From Bacillota bacterium (GTDB lineage Bacteria > Bacillota > Sulfobacillia > RBS10-35 > JAJYVN01): a DNA stretch of 64,000 nt. The notes under the pieces were generated by a model, which was given only the letters and a program-made list of their open reading frames with translations, was not told the DNA's origin and searched no databases. Location of the stretch: assembly GCA_021797775.1 (NCBI GenBank), contig JAJZZC010000002.1:11761-75760 (forward strand). The letters are read 5' to 3'. Position numbers and translations under genes: made by a program. Positions 18,984 to 28,769 of this stretch are shown here, in pieces. The first letter of the stretch is position 1, and each line of letters starts with the position of its first letter.

Positions 18984-20259
18984 GGAAGAACGCCCCCGCC
19001 CGGCGGACCGCCGCACACAGCGCGTCGACCTCCGCGCGCGTATTGTACAGAGCGAAACTCGCGCGCGCCGTCGCCGCCACACCCAGGTGCCGCATCAGCG
19101 GCTGGGCGCAGTGATGGCCGGCGCGCACCGCCACCCCCTCTTGGTCAAGGAATTGCGCAAGGTCGTGGGGGTGGATCGCTCCGACGTTGAAGGTCACCAG
19201 GGGGCCTCTGGGCATCGGCGGGCCGTAGATGGTCACATCCGGCAGCTCCCCTAGCCGCTCCAGCGCGTAACGCGTCAGGTCCGCCTCGTGCGCCGCCACC
19301 GCCTCCAGCCCCACGGCACGCAGGTAGTCGACGGCGGCCCCCAGGCCCACCGCCCCGGCCACGTTGGGCGTGCCGGCCTCGAACTTGTACGGCACCTCGT
19401 TCCAGGTGGAACAGGTCAGGTCGACCCGCAGGATCATCTCCCCGCCACCGAGGAAGGGCTCGGTCTCCTCCAGCAGTTCCGGCCGGCCCCACAGCACGCC
19501 GATGCCCAGCGGGGCGTAGAGCTTGTGGCCGGAGAAGGCCAGGAAGTCGCAGCCGAGCGCCCGCACGTCCACGGGCAGGTGCGGCACGCCCTGCGCCGCG
19601 TCCAGCACCGAGACCGCGCCGACGGCGCGGGCCCGCCGGCAGATTTCCGCCGCAGGGGTCAGCGTGCCGAGCACATTGCTGGCCTGGGTGAAGGCCACGA
19701 TGCGCGTCCGCTCGTTCAGGAGGCTGTCGCGCTCCAGGGCCCCGACGTCCAGGTGGCCGTCGGGGAGCAAGGGGACGAAGCGCAGGCGGGCGCCCGTCTC
19801 GGCCGCCACCAGTTGCCAGGGCACGAGGTTGCTGTGGTGCTCCATGGGGGTGAGCAGCACCTCGTCTCCGGGCCGCAGGCGACGGCGCCCCCAGGCCCAG
19901 GCCACGAGGTTCAGGCCCTCGGTCGCGTTGCGCACGAAGACGCAGCCGCGTGGGTCCGGCGCGCCAATCAGGGCCGCGACCTTGCGACGCGCCTCTTCGT
20001 AAGCGAACGTCGCCTCCTCGCCCAGGGTGTGGATCGCGCGGTGCACGTTGGCGTTATACCGGCGATAGACGTCGGCCTCCGCCGCGATCACCGGCTCCGG
20101 CTTCTGGGTCGTTGCGGCGTTGTCCAGATACACCAGCGGCCGCCCGTGCACCGTGCGCCCCAGGATGGGGAAGTCCCGGCGCAACCGCTCCACGTCCAGG
20201 GGCGCTGGCACCATCGCCTCCGGCTCCCCCACCGCCACGGTCCTCGTCATCCGACTCAC
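18976..20259 (-). CDS. sufS: Cysteine desulfurase SufS
   Basis: Contains YLDNAATTQKP, PLP lysine SGHKLYAP and active-site RAGHHCAQP. The GTG start overlaps the sufD stop. Confidence 0.92.
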   Translation of the reverse strand: MSRMTRTVAVGEPEAMVPAPLDVERLRRDFPILGRTVHGRPLVYLDNAATTQKPEPVIAAEADVYRRYNANVHRAIHTLGEEATFAYEEARRKVAALIGAPDPRGCVFVRNATEGLNLVAWAWGRRRLRPGDEVLLTPMEHHSNLVPWQLVAAETGARLRFVPLLPDGHLDVGALERDSLLNERTRIVAFTQASNVLGTLTPAAEICRRARAVGAVSVLDAAQGVPHLPVDVRALGCDFLAFSGHKLYAPLGIGVLWGRPELLEETEPFLGGGEMILRVDLTCSTWNEVPYKFEAGTPNVAGAVGLGAAVDYLRAVGLEAVAAHEADLTRYALERLGELPDVTIYGPPMPRGPLVTFNVGAIHPHDLAQFLDQEGVAVRAGHHCAQPLMRHLGVAATARASFALYNTRAEVDALCAAVRRAGAFFHG

Positions 20260-21494
20260 TTCCCATTGGGGGCGGGGTCGGGCGACGCGGCGGAGACCCC
20301 GTCCAGCTTGCGGTCGACCAGGTCCGCCAGGGCGTCGCGGGCGTCCGCCAGCGGGATGCCCTCCACGATGGGCGCGAAGAAGCCGTGGATGATGAGCCGC
20401 TCAGCTTCGCGCTGCGGCACGCCGCGGGCGTGCATGTAAAAGAGCTGTTCGGGGTCCAGCTTCCCCGTCGTGGCCGCGTGGCCCGCCTGAAGCTCGCTCT
20501 CGTCGATGTAGAGTGCGGGGATGGCGTCCGAGCGCACCCCGGGCGAGAGGTGCAGCACGTTCTCCTTCTGCTGCGAGTTGCTGCCCTTGGCCGCGTGACG
20601 GATGTCCGACGTGCCGCGGTAGATGGCCCGCGCCCGGTCCCGCAGCACGCCCTTGGCCAGCATCAGGCCATCGGTGCGCGCCCCCCAGTGCTGCAACGTG
20701 GCCAGGAGGTCCATGTGCTGGGCGCCCGAGGCAAAGAACACCAGTAGCGAGCGCGCCTCACTCCCGTCACCGCGCAGCACCGTCGTCGTCCCCGCCCGGC
20801 TCAGGCCGCCGCCCAGCTCGCCCGCCAGCCAGTGGACGCGGGCGTCCCGCCCCAGCTCGGCGCGGCGGTTCGCGAAGCAGCGCACGCCCTCACCCCAGGC
20901 CTGCAACTCGACGAAGCGCAACTGCGCGCCGTCGGCGAGGTCGGCTTCCACCACCTCCGTGACCAGGGTGGCGGGTCCGCCGGCAGGTGGGCCGCCCTCC
21001 AGCCGTTGCACGACGTTGACCTCGGCCAGAGTGCCCAGGGCCACGACGGTGCGGGGATGGAACTGCCCGCCCCCGCCCTGCGGCAGGTGGTAGACGATCT
21101 CGATCGGGGCGCGGAGCGCCACCCGCTCGGGCACGACCAGCAGGCAGCCGTCGTGGGCGGCGAGGTTGCGCGCCTCGAACTTGCCGGCCTCAGCCGGCAC
21201 GATCCGGCCGAGATGGTGGCGGACCAGGTCCGGTTCGCGGGCGGCGGCCTCGCGGAGCGAGCCGCAGACGATCCCCTTGCCCGCGGCCTCGGGCGGCAGG
21301 TGCACCGCGACGCTCCCCCGCACCTCCGGGGCGAATGCCGCGGGATCCAGGCCGGCGACGTCGGTCCGGTCCCAGCGCGGCAGGGGGGTCCGCTCGTCGA
21401 CCGCCGCGGCCCGCCGCCGCGCGTCGAGCAGCCAGCCAGGGTCTGGCAAGCGGTCGATCCAGTCCGCGAGATCCACCGTCCTTGCCATCGTCAT
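20256..21494 (-). CDS. sufD: Fe-S cluster assembly protein SufD
   Basis: 412 aa with the SufB/D beta-helix C-terminus (QQKENVLHLSPGVRSDAIPALYIDESELQAGHAATTGKLDPEQLFYMHARG). Its length and position after sufC favour SufD. Confidence 0.85.
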   Translation of the reverse strand: MTMARTVDLADWIDRLPDPGWLLDARRRAAAVDERTPLPRWDRTDVAGLDPAAFAPEVRGSVAVHLPPEAAGKGIVCGSLREAAAREPDLVRHHLGRIVPAEAGKFEARNLAAHDGCLLVVPERVALRAPIEIVYHLPQGGGGQFHPRTVVALGTLAEVNVVQRLEGGPPAGGPATLVTEVVEADLADGAQLRFVELQAWGEGVRCFANRRAELGRDARVHWLAGELGGGLSRAGTTTVLRGDGSEARSLLVFFASGAQHMDLLATLQHWGARTDGLMLAKGVLRDRARAIYRGTSDIRHAAKGSNSQQKENVLHLSPGVRSDAIPALYIDESELQAGHAATTGKLDPEQLFYMHARGVPQREAERLIIHGFFAPIVEGIPLADARDALADLVDRKLDGVSAASPDPAPNGK

Positions 21495-22261
21495 GACACC
21501 CCGGTCCTGCCAGCGGCGACCTCTTCCTTGACCCAGTCATACCCCTGGCGCTCGATCCGGTCGACGATCTCGCGGCCGCCGGAGCGCACGATCCGCCCCT
21601 CGAACATGACGTGGACGAAGTCCGGCTCGATGTAGCGGAGGATCCGTTCATAGTGCGTGATGATCAGCACGCCGAGGTTCTCGCCCCGCAGCGAGTTGAC
21701 CCCGCCGGATACGACCTTGATGCTGTCGACGTCGAGCCCGGTGTCGGTCTCGTCCAGCACCGCCACCTTCGGCTCGAGCATCACCATCTGCAGCACCTCG
21801 TTGCGCTTGCGCTCGCCGCCGGAGAACCCTTCGTTGAGGTGGCGGCGGGCGATGTCCGGATCCCATTCCAACAGAGCGATCTTCTCCAACAGCCGCCTGC
21901 GGAACTCGACAAAGGGCACGTCCTGGCCGCGCGCCTTCAGGGCGGCGTGGATAAAGCTCGCCACCGTGACGCCCGGCACCTCCACGGGGTATTGGAACGC
22001 CAGGAACAGCCCTGCGCGCGCCCGCTCGTCCGCGCTCAGCGCCAGCAGGTCCTTCTCGCCCAGGCGCACCCGCCCGCCCGTCACCTCGTAGCGCGGGTGC
22101 CCGGCCAGTGTGTTGGCCAGGGTGCTCTTGCCCGAGCCGTTCGGGCCCATGAGGGCGTGCACCTCACCCTGCCGCACGCCCAGCGTCACCCCGCGCAGGA
22201 TGGGCTTGCCCTCGACGCTGACCCGCAGGTCATCGATCTCCAGGGGGAGTCCGCTCGCCAT
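21491..22261 (-). CDS. sufC: Fe-S cluster assembly ATPase SufC
   Basis: Contains GPNGSGKSTLANTLAGHPRYEVTGG, FSGGERKRNEVLQM and AVLDETDTGLD. ATG at 22261 with GGAGGT upstream. The 467-aa ORF in the track is an over-extension. Confidence 0.95.
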   Translation of the reverse strand: MASGLPLEIDDLRVSVEGKPILRGVTLGVRQGEVHALMGPNGSGKSTLANTLAGHPRYEVTGGRVRLGEKDLLALSADERARAGLFLAFQYPVEVPGVTVASFIHAALKARGQDVPFVEFRRRLLEKIALLEWDPDIARRHLNEGFSGGERKRNEVLQMVMLEPKVAVLDETDTGLDVDSIKVVSGGVNSLRGENLGVLIITHYERILRYIEPDFVHVMFEGRIVRSGGREIVDRIERQGYDWVKEEVAAGRTGVS

Positions 22262-22339
22262 TTCCGCAGGACCTCCGCTTCCGGGCGGTGCACAGGGCGC
22301 GCCGCGCCTGCCCCGCTCGCTCGTCAAGCCACGGCGCAC

Positions 22340-22368
22340 ATTATAGGGGTGTCCCCGCGCCGTGTCAA
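22340..22368 (-). promoter_or_regulatory. Sigma-A promoter of the suf operon
   Basis: Minus strand reads TTGACA-17 nt-TATAAT (perfect consensus hexamers), about 80 nt upstream of the sufC ATG. Confidence 0.6.
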
Positions 22369-22724
22369 AACCTGAGCGGAACACTCGGAGATGGATCCAT
22401 ACGCTGGGCGACAACGGGTTTGGGGAACCGGGTGCGGCGGGGGCAGCCGCTGCGGCGCGCCCCGTCCCGGGTCGGCCCGCAATCTGCGGCGGAGCCTTTC
22501 GCCGCTGTCTGATGTGACAATGCAAGGGGTAGGGACGACGGCGGCCCGGGGCGCCGACAGGGCGGGGACTCGCGCAGAACCCGCCCCTGGAGCCGCCATG
22601 ACGGGCGCAGCGGGTGCCCGGGCCCGGGGCTCCCAGACCGGAGGACGCCCCCGGCCGCCGGTGGCACGGGACCGCCCTCTCGGCACGGGGCTTCGTCCGG
22701 GCCGGGCCGAGCCACCGGGACGAC

Positions 22725-22750
22725 GGGCGGGCGGGCGTTGCCCGCCCCCG
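22725..22750 (-). terminator. GC hairpin immediately after the S-layer gene stop
   Basis: GGGCGGGC-AAC-GCCCGCCC on the minus strand. No clear U-tract. Confidence 0.35.
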
Positions 22751-22751
22751 C

Positions 22752-25700
22752 CTACGCCACCGGCACGCCCAGGGCCAGGTAGCGGACGAAGACCGCCGCG
22801 GCCTGGGCGCGGTCGAGCACGAGCGCCGGGCGGAAGGAGCCACCGGGGAAGCCCTGGACCAGCCCGGCCGCCGCGGCGGCGGCCACCCCCGCACGCGCCC
22901 AAGGGGCGATGGCCGCCGCGTCCGAGAAGCGCGCCGCCGCGCGGCTCGAGAGGCGCCCGACCCAGGGCAGCGCCCGGGCGAGGACGACCGCCGCCTGCTC
23001 GCGCGTCACGGGCGCCAGCGGATCAAACACCGTGGGCGCGATGCCCTGGAGCAGGCCCGCCCGGGCGACCGCCCCTACCACCCCCGCATACCACGCGTGT
23101 GGCGGCACGTCGCTGAAGCGATGGGCGGCGGCGGCATCGGCCGGCAGCCCCAGGCTGCGCGCCAGCATAGCGGAGAATTCGGCCCGGGTCACCACCCCCG
23201 CCGGCGCGAATACCCCAGGGCCCACCCCGTCGACGACGCGATGCGCCGCAGCCACTGCCACGTCGCCAGCCGCCCAGGAGCCAGTGAGGTCGGCGAAGGC
23301 CACCCGGGTCGAGAGCACGGTGTAACGCCCGGTGGACGGTACCACGCACGCCACCGTCGCGGACCCCGCCGGGGGTACCGCGCTGGGCACGTACGCGGGG
23401 ACGCCGCGAGGTCCCAGGCGGTAGCACGCCAGGAACTCAGAGCCGGTGGTGAACCCGGGCGCAAAGGCCAAACGCGCCACGGCCGGGCGGGGCAGGGGCA
23501 CGGCGGCGGCCGGGTGGCCCTGGGAGAAGAGGCCGAAGGAGAAGACAGGCGCGGCCACCTGCACGCGGGCCCCGACGGGCGCCCCCGCTGCCAGGGTCGC
23601 AGCGCGATCCGCCGATTCGCTGGCCGGGGCCGGCGTGACCGCCACCTGCACGACCAGGGTCTCGCTGGCGGGGGCACCCCCGGCGCGGACCGTGGCCAGG
23701 GCGCGCCGGGGGGAGAGGTCGGAGGGCGGCAAGGAGAGGGAGGTCGATCCGAACTCCAGGGTCAAGCCCCTGCCCCGCGTGGCCAGCTCCGCCATAGCCC
23801 CTGGCGGCAGGGTCACCCGCGCGCGCGCCGGCAGCCGGTCCGAGACCCGCAGACGGACATACAGGGCGCCGGACGGCGTCGCGGCCAGAGCCGCGGCCAA
23901 GCGGCCGGGCGTGGCGGTGAGGGCCGCCTCGCCCGAGGGAGCGAGCGCTGTACCGGCGACCGTCGCGGCGGACGGCGCGCCCCCGGCTGCCGCCGACGGG
24001 GACGAACCTGCCGGCGCGGCGGACGGCGCGGCACTGCCGCCGCCCGCCGCGGGGAAGGGGGACGACGGGAGGGGCGAGGAGGGCGACGAGGGTCCGGAAC
24101 CGGGCGCCGGCGCGGCAGATCCCTGCGGCGGCAGCGACGGGGCGGGCGCGGCCGGCGGGGCGGCAACCGCGATCAGCAGGGGGCTCGTGGCGGAAGCGCC
24201 CAGCGCGTCGGTGACCCGGATCGTGGCCGCGAAGCTGCCCACCGCCGCCGGCAGGCCGGCGACCTGGCCACTGGCGGCATCCAGGGCCACGCCGGGGGGC
24301 AGCGATCCGGAGGCGAGGGACCACGCGTAGGCGGGCGCGCCACCCGACGCCTCCAGCGTGAGGGCGAAGGGGGTGCCCACCTGGGCCGACTGCGGCGCCG
24401 GGGCGGCGATGGCCGGGGGCGGCGCGACCGGGAGGATCAGCGCGTTACTACGCAGGCCGGTCGCCGCGTCGTACACCGACAGCGCCACCGTCCCGGGCGT
24501 GAGGCCGGCCGGCACGACGGTGTCCACTGATCCCGCGGACCAGGCACCGCCGCTCACGGTGAAGAGCGGGCCCGCGCCCTGCTGGAAGTCGACACTGCCG
24601 GCTGCCCCGAACCCGGATCCGCTGAGGCGCAACGCGGCACCCGGCTCTAACGGCAACGGCGACGCGGCGCTCAGGGCCGGCGGGAGGGGTGGTGGCAAGA
24701 CGAGGAAGGAGAGCGGCGCACTGGTCAGGCCGGTCGCGGCGCTGTACACGGCCAGTCCGACCGATCCCGGCGACAGACTGGCAGGGAGCCGGACGGTCAC
24801 GGTGCTCTGGGACCATCCGCCCGCCACGGGCGGGAGCGACACAGCGCCCATCCCACTCCCGGTCAGCATCACCGCGCCGGGCTGGGCGCCGAAGCCCTGG
24901 CCAGTCAAGGTCACGGCGCTACCGGCCTGCCCCCCGGACGGCGCGAGCGCGGCGAGATCCGGCGCGCAGGCGGCGGCGCCCGGCAGCCCCGCCAGGCCTC
25001 CGCTCAAGGGCGCGGCCCAGAGGTCCACCGGCAGGAAGCTGCCGGCGGCCGGCATCCACTCCAGGCTGGCCGTGGTCGTGGTGCCAGGAAGCAAGCAGTA
25101 TGCTTGCAGCACGGAGCCGAAGATCAGCGGCGGCAGGAACTGGTTGTCGCTCGGCACCGGCGCCCCCGCGACCGGGGCAATCGAGAAGAGCCCCGGCGTC
25201 AGGTTGGCGGATGTCGTGAAGTTGCCGCCGCGGGGAATGACGACCAGGGCGAAGTGGGTGGCGCTGCCCCCGGGGGGCGCGGCCACCGTGAGGGTCTCGT
25301 GGTACAGCACGCCGTAGTTGCCATAATCCACGACGGTCTGCCGGTCCACCGCGTCGTACCCGGTCAGGTACCGGCCGGCGTCGGCCACGTGCAGGACGAG
25401 CTGCCCGCTGCCGGCGGCCTGCAGCGTGTAGGAGCCAACCTCGTCGGCCTGAAGGAACGTGCCGCGCATCGGGGATTGTCCGGGGGCAAGGTGCTGTGAG
25501 GGCAGCACGCGCATACCCGCCATGAAGCTCGGCGAGCCGATGGGCACGTTGTCCGCCGCCACGGTGACCTGCACCGGCGCCGTGGTCGTGGCGTCAAAGA
25601 TGGCGTTGATCGCTTGGCCCGGTTCCACCGCACGGCCCTCGATCTGTGCCGCGGCAGGAAGGCCCGAATCCAGGAAGGCACTGGTGCCGGGGTCGATGGT

Positions 25701-26342
25701 CAGCGTGGTGGGGGCAGGCGCGCTCGCCAACCACTGCCCCGTGGTCTGTTTGCCGAGGGCCAGGTAGTTGGCGGACGGCCCGCCCACCGCCCAGCGCGTC
25801 ACCGTGACGGCTGCGGGGGCCGTGCCGCTGTTGGTCAGCACGACGCCGACGTAGAGGGGCCCCCGGGCCGTGGCCGGGTCGACGTGGTAAAGGTAGACGC
25901 GAAATGGTTGCGGCGCCGGGCCGGCACGCGGTGTGACGGTATCCTGGTAGAGGATGCCGGGTCCCGGCACGTATTCGGGGTCATCACTGAAGATCAAGGT
26001 GGTGCTCCCAGTCGGCTGCTCATCGGCAGGGACCTGGCTCACGCCGAGGGTGGGATCGGTGGGGAAGCAGACGCTCTGGCCCGGTTGCGTCACCGCGTTC
26101 AGGCTGGCCACGCAGTTGACGTTAGCGGCCCCGACCGGGGCCGGGTGGCCGCCGACCAGCAGCGCGGCGCCCATCCCCGCCGCCACGCGGGCGAGCACCG
26201 CCGCCAGCGGGGCGCGGCCACGCCGCGCAGCGCTCCAGCACGGCCAGCGCACGGCCCTGGCCGTGTCGCACGGCGTCTGCTCACCAGCCACGGTGCGTGG
26301 GATCGTTCGCGGGGGTTCGGGCCGGGAGGTTTCACGATGCAA
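22752..26342 (-). CDS. Large cell-surface (S-layer-type) protein with three C-terminal SLH domains and Ig-like repeats
   Basis: Three SLH motifs: FADLTGSWAAGDVAVAAAHRVVDG, FSDVPPHAWYAGVVGAVARAGLLQG and FSDAAAIAPWARAGVAAAAAAGLVQG. Also IPT/TIG-like and 'putative Ig' segments, P/S/A-rich linkers and an N-terminal hydrophobic signal. The exact start is uncertain. Confidence 0.85.
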   Translation of the reverse strand: MHRETSRPEPPRTIPRTVAGEQTPCDTARAVRWPCWSAARRGRAPLAAVLARVAAGMGAALLVGGHPAPVGAANVNCVASLNAVTQPGQSVCFPTDPTLGVSQVPADEQPTGSTTLIFSDDPEYVPGPGILYQDTVTPRAGPAPQPFRVYLYHVDPATARGPLYVGVVLTNSGTAPAAVTVTRWAVGGPSANYLALGKQTTGQWLASAPAPTTLTIDPGTSAFLDSGLPAAAQIEGRAVEPGQAINAIFDATTTAPVQVTVAADNVPIGSPSFMAGMRVLPSQHLAPGQSPMRGTFLQADEVGSYTLQAAGSGQLVLHVADAGRYLTGYDAVDRQTVVDYGNYGVLYHETLTVAAPPGGSATHFALVVIPRGGNFTTSANLTPGLFSIAPVAGAPVPSDNQFLPPLIFGSVLQAYCLLPGTTTTASLEWMPAAGSFLPVDLWAAPLSGGLAGLPGAAACAPDLAALAPSGGQAGSAVTLTGQGFGAQPGAVMLTGSGMGAVSLPPVAGGWSQSTVTVRLPASLSPGSVGLAVYSAATGLTSAPLSFLVLPPPLPPALSAASPLPLEPGAALRLSGSGFGAAGSVDFQQGAGPLFTVSGGAWSAGSVDTVVPAGLTPGTVALSVYDAATGLRSNALILPVAPPPAIAAPAPQSAQVGTPFALTLEASGGAPAYAWSLASGSLPPGVALDAASGQVAGLPAAVGSFAATIRVTDALGASATSPLLIAVAAPPAAPAPSLPPQGSAAPAPGSGPSSPSSPLPSSPFPAAGGGSAAPSAAPAGSSPSAAAGGAPSAATVAGTALAPSGEAALTATPGRLAAALAATPSGALYVRLRVSDRLPARARVTLPPGAMAELATRGRGLTLEFGSTSLSLPPSDLSPRRALATVRAGGAPASETLVVQVAVTPAPASESADRAATLAAGAPVGARVQVAAPVFSFGLFSQGHPAAAVPLPRPAVARLAFAPGFTTGSEFLACYRLGPRGVPAYVPSAVPPAGSATVACVVPSTGRYTVLSTRVAFADLTGSWAAGDVAVAAAHRVVDGVGPGVFAPAGVVTRAEFSAMLARSLGLPADAAAAHRFSDVPPHAWYAGVVGAVARAGLLQGIAPTVFDPLAPVTREQAAVVLARALPWVGRLSSRAAARFSDAAAIAPWARAGVAAAAAAGLVQGFPGGSFRPALVLDRAQAAAVFVRYLALGVPVA

Positions 26343-26853
26343 GCGCTCTCGACCGCCTTCCGGACAACATGGCGTCTGCCACCCATGGGATCCGCTTGCA
26401 GATCAGGCCGTGCGGGGAAAAGGTTACGCCATGCCCATAGCCCACTCGCCCGGAAACCGGCGCAGCCGGCGGTTATCGGTCGTGGTCCCGGCATGTGGCA
26501 GCAGCTGCTCTTCTCCCACCGGGGGAAGGATTCCCGGTAGCGGGGCGGTCTGTGACACGACTGTAATCATGGCGTGACGTATTGGTAATGGCTGCGTGAC
26601 AGAACGGTTAAACAAAATGTGGGCTTCCCGTGTAAAGCGGTGGGGCAGAGCCGTGGCAATGACATCACCTACCAATGGTCGGTCTGAGCCCACAGGGTCA
26701 GGCGGCGGTCCCGCCCGAGCGCCACCGTGGTGGGGGAGGAACCGGTGCACACCGCCACAGCGCGGCGCTTCCGCACCCCATATGGAGGGGAATGGCATTC
26801 CGGGTGGGCTATGGGAGGCAGCGCCGATCTGTGGCACGGCCCGAGAAAGGTGC

Positions 26854-26868
26854 AGAGGGTCGCCCTCT
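26854..26868 (-). terminator. Short hairpin downstream of tRNA-Arg
   Basis: AGAGGG-CGA-CCCTCT followed by GCACCTTTCTC on the minus strand. Confidence 0.35.
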
Positions 26869-26901
26869 CACGGGGACGGCCCTCTTGTGACGCGACACCG
26901 G

Positions 26902-26977
26902 TGCGCCCGGCAGGATTTGAACCTGCGCAAACCAGGCTCCGGAGGCCTGTGCTCTATCCGGGCTGAGCTACGGGCGC
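26902..26977 (-). tRNA. tRNA-Arg (anticodon CCG)
   Basis: Manual cloverleaf: acceptor GCGCCCG/CGGGCGC, D-arm GCTC..GAGC, anticodon stem CAGGC/GCCTG with loop CTCCGGA, T-arm GCAGG-TTCAAAT-CCTGC, discriminator A. CCA is not fully encoded. Confidence 0.95.
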
Positions 26978-27012
26978 AGGGACAGGGGATCCCCCCGAAC
27001 CGTTGCACTGAC

Positions 27013-27041
27013 AGCATAGCACGGCGTGTGCCGGCGGTCAA
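27013..27041 (-). promoter_or_regulatory. Candidate promoter of tRNA-Arg
   Basis: Minus strand reads TTGACC-17 nt-TATGCT with TGC just upstream of the -10. The -10 lies about 36 nt from the tRNA 5' end. Confidence 0.5.
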
Positions 27042-27229
27042 AGCGCTGCCCACGACCCGAGGCACCACGCCCCCTTCGTCATGGCGCCACGTCCTTCGCG
27101 GAGGCTCACCTGTCCGACGCGCCAGCCTGGTGGCGCCGGGCGATGCCCCCCTTCCGATCCCCTGCCAGCCGACGGGACCGAAGGCGCCGCCGCCGCCGGC
27201 CGGGAGGGAGACCGCGCCCCGGATCGCGC

Positions 27230-28015
27230 TCACGGCGCCCGGCCCTCATCGGCCAGCTCCTGCCAGAGGGCCCGGTAATAGCGCATCAGCCGCACGGGCT
27301 CGGGGCTTTCAGGGATCTCGGCCAGACAGAACCCGGCGTAACTGGACCCGCGCAGCAGGCCGAACAACTCACGGTACGGGTAGGCGCGGTTCCACAGCTC
27401 AGTGATGTGCACGAGCCCGATGTGGCCGCGCATGAGATCGAAGGCAGCGCGTACCGAGCCCCCCGCCACGTCCACGGCGTTGCTGTTCCAACACACCCGT
27501 ACCGACGGATGGCCGCAGGCGCGGAGGATGGTGGCAACGTCCGGCGCAGCCGCCACGGAGCCGTGCATCTCCAGCCGCAGCTCGACGCCCCGGCGGTCCG
27601 CATACTCCCCGCACTCCGCCAGGGCGCGGCCGATCTGCTCCAGCGTGCGCGCCCGCGGCACGCCGGCCTGCTCCTGGTCCCCATTGGGCCGCACCTTCAC
27701 GCCACCGGCGCCGACATCCGCGGCCAGGTCGACGGCGCGCTTGGTCGCCTCGATGTTGGCGTTGACCTCTGCCGGGTCCAGCGCGTGGTACTCGCAAACG
27801 GTGCCGAGGCCGACCAATTGCACCGGCGAGCCCGTGAAGCGCTGGCGCACGCGCGCGCGGCCAGCCGCATCCAGCGCCGGCTCCACGCCGTGCGCGTGGG
27901 TCGTGCGCAACTCCACCCCCTCAAAGCCCGTCTCGGCGCACCGCTCGATCAGCAGATCCAGGTCCCAACCGCGGGCCAGGTTATACGTGACCAGCCCCAG
28001 GTGCAGCACGTCCAT
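27230..28015 (-). CDS. Sugar phosphate isomerase/epimerase (xylose-isomerase-like TIM barrel)
   Basis: Contains GFEGVELR, VELRLEMHG, HITELW and other AP-endonuclease-2/TIM-barrel family patterns. ATG at 28015 inside ORF 27230..28201. Confidence 0.8.
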   Translation of the reverse strand: MDVLHLGLVTYNLARGWDLDLLIERCAETGFEGVELRTTHAHGVEPALDAAGRARVRQRFTGSPVQLVGLGTVCEYHALDPAEVNANIEATKRAVDLAADVGAGGVKVRPNGDQEQAGVPRARTLEQIGRALAECGEYADRRGVELRLEMHGSVAAAPDVATILRACGHPSVRVCWNSNAVDVAGGSVRAAFDLMRGHIGLVHITELWNRAYPYRELFGLLRGSSYAGFCLAEIPESPEPVRLMRYYRALWQELADEGRAP

Positions 28016-28769
28016 CACCACCGTTCCCTGCAGGATGCCGGGCAGCGCGGGCACCCTGTGCCGAGCGCGGCCTGCGTCGCCGTGCCGTCCACCGCATCGG
28101 GCCCAAGACGTGTGCCGGCGGGGACGCAGACCCCGGGGTGTCGGGGGTACCGCCCCTCCCAGCACGTGCGGGGCCGGTTCGTGCCGCGCCGCGTCGGGCA
28201 CGACCGGTCCTCCGCCGGCTGTAGACCCTGCGCGCTCTCCGCCCGGAGGTCGGGCCCCAAGACTTGGCCGCGGCTCAGCGGATCCCCCCTCGGCCCGCCG
28301 ACCCGGACGACATCCTCTGCAACGGGATTGTACGCGTGGTCATGACCCGGCTCCGCCGCTGGCGCGCCTGCACCCACGATCATCACCTCGCGACCCAAGG
28401 GTTCTCGGCGATGGGTGCAGCGGGGACACGCTGGAGCACCGCGCGCGCCAGGTGGCCTCTCCTCCGCCCCGCTCGCGCGGTCGCCGGGCTTGGGGGCTTG
28501 GGCGCGCGCGCCACCTTGCGGGATCGTGAGCCCCCGCGCATCGCCCGCGAGCGGGGCCCAGCGCCTCCCTGGCGAAGCGATGGCGGCAAGTGACAAAGCG
28601 CGCGGTGGTACAGGGTGCGCACGGCCGGCACGGCGGTGATAGAGTCCGCTGGCGTGGGGTATCGACGGTGGTGGCCGGCGAGCGGCCGGCCGCCGGACCA
28701 GCCGGGACACCGCTCCCGAGGTGCCCGGTGGGCGGTCACTTTCGCTCTCCAGGAGACATCACTACCCGC

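Noticed and set aside
21491-22894. 467-aa version of the sufC ORF
   Set aside because: The first 211 codons are Arg/Pro/Gly-rich and overlap the perfect TTGACA/TATAAT promoter. SufC homology starts at ATG 22261.
22614-24530. 638-aa plus-strand ORF
   Set aside because: It is antisense to the SLH/S-layer gene, with a Gly/Arg-rich composition.
28015-28710. 231-aa minus ORF whose TGA overlaps the isomerase ATG (ATGA), suggesting an upstream co-transcribed gene
   Set aside because: It is rich in Arg/Pro/Cys/Gly with no motif, and GC3 is only marginally better than its in-phase antisense. I cannot support it. The 0.75-kb divergent spacer remains unassigned.
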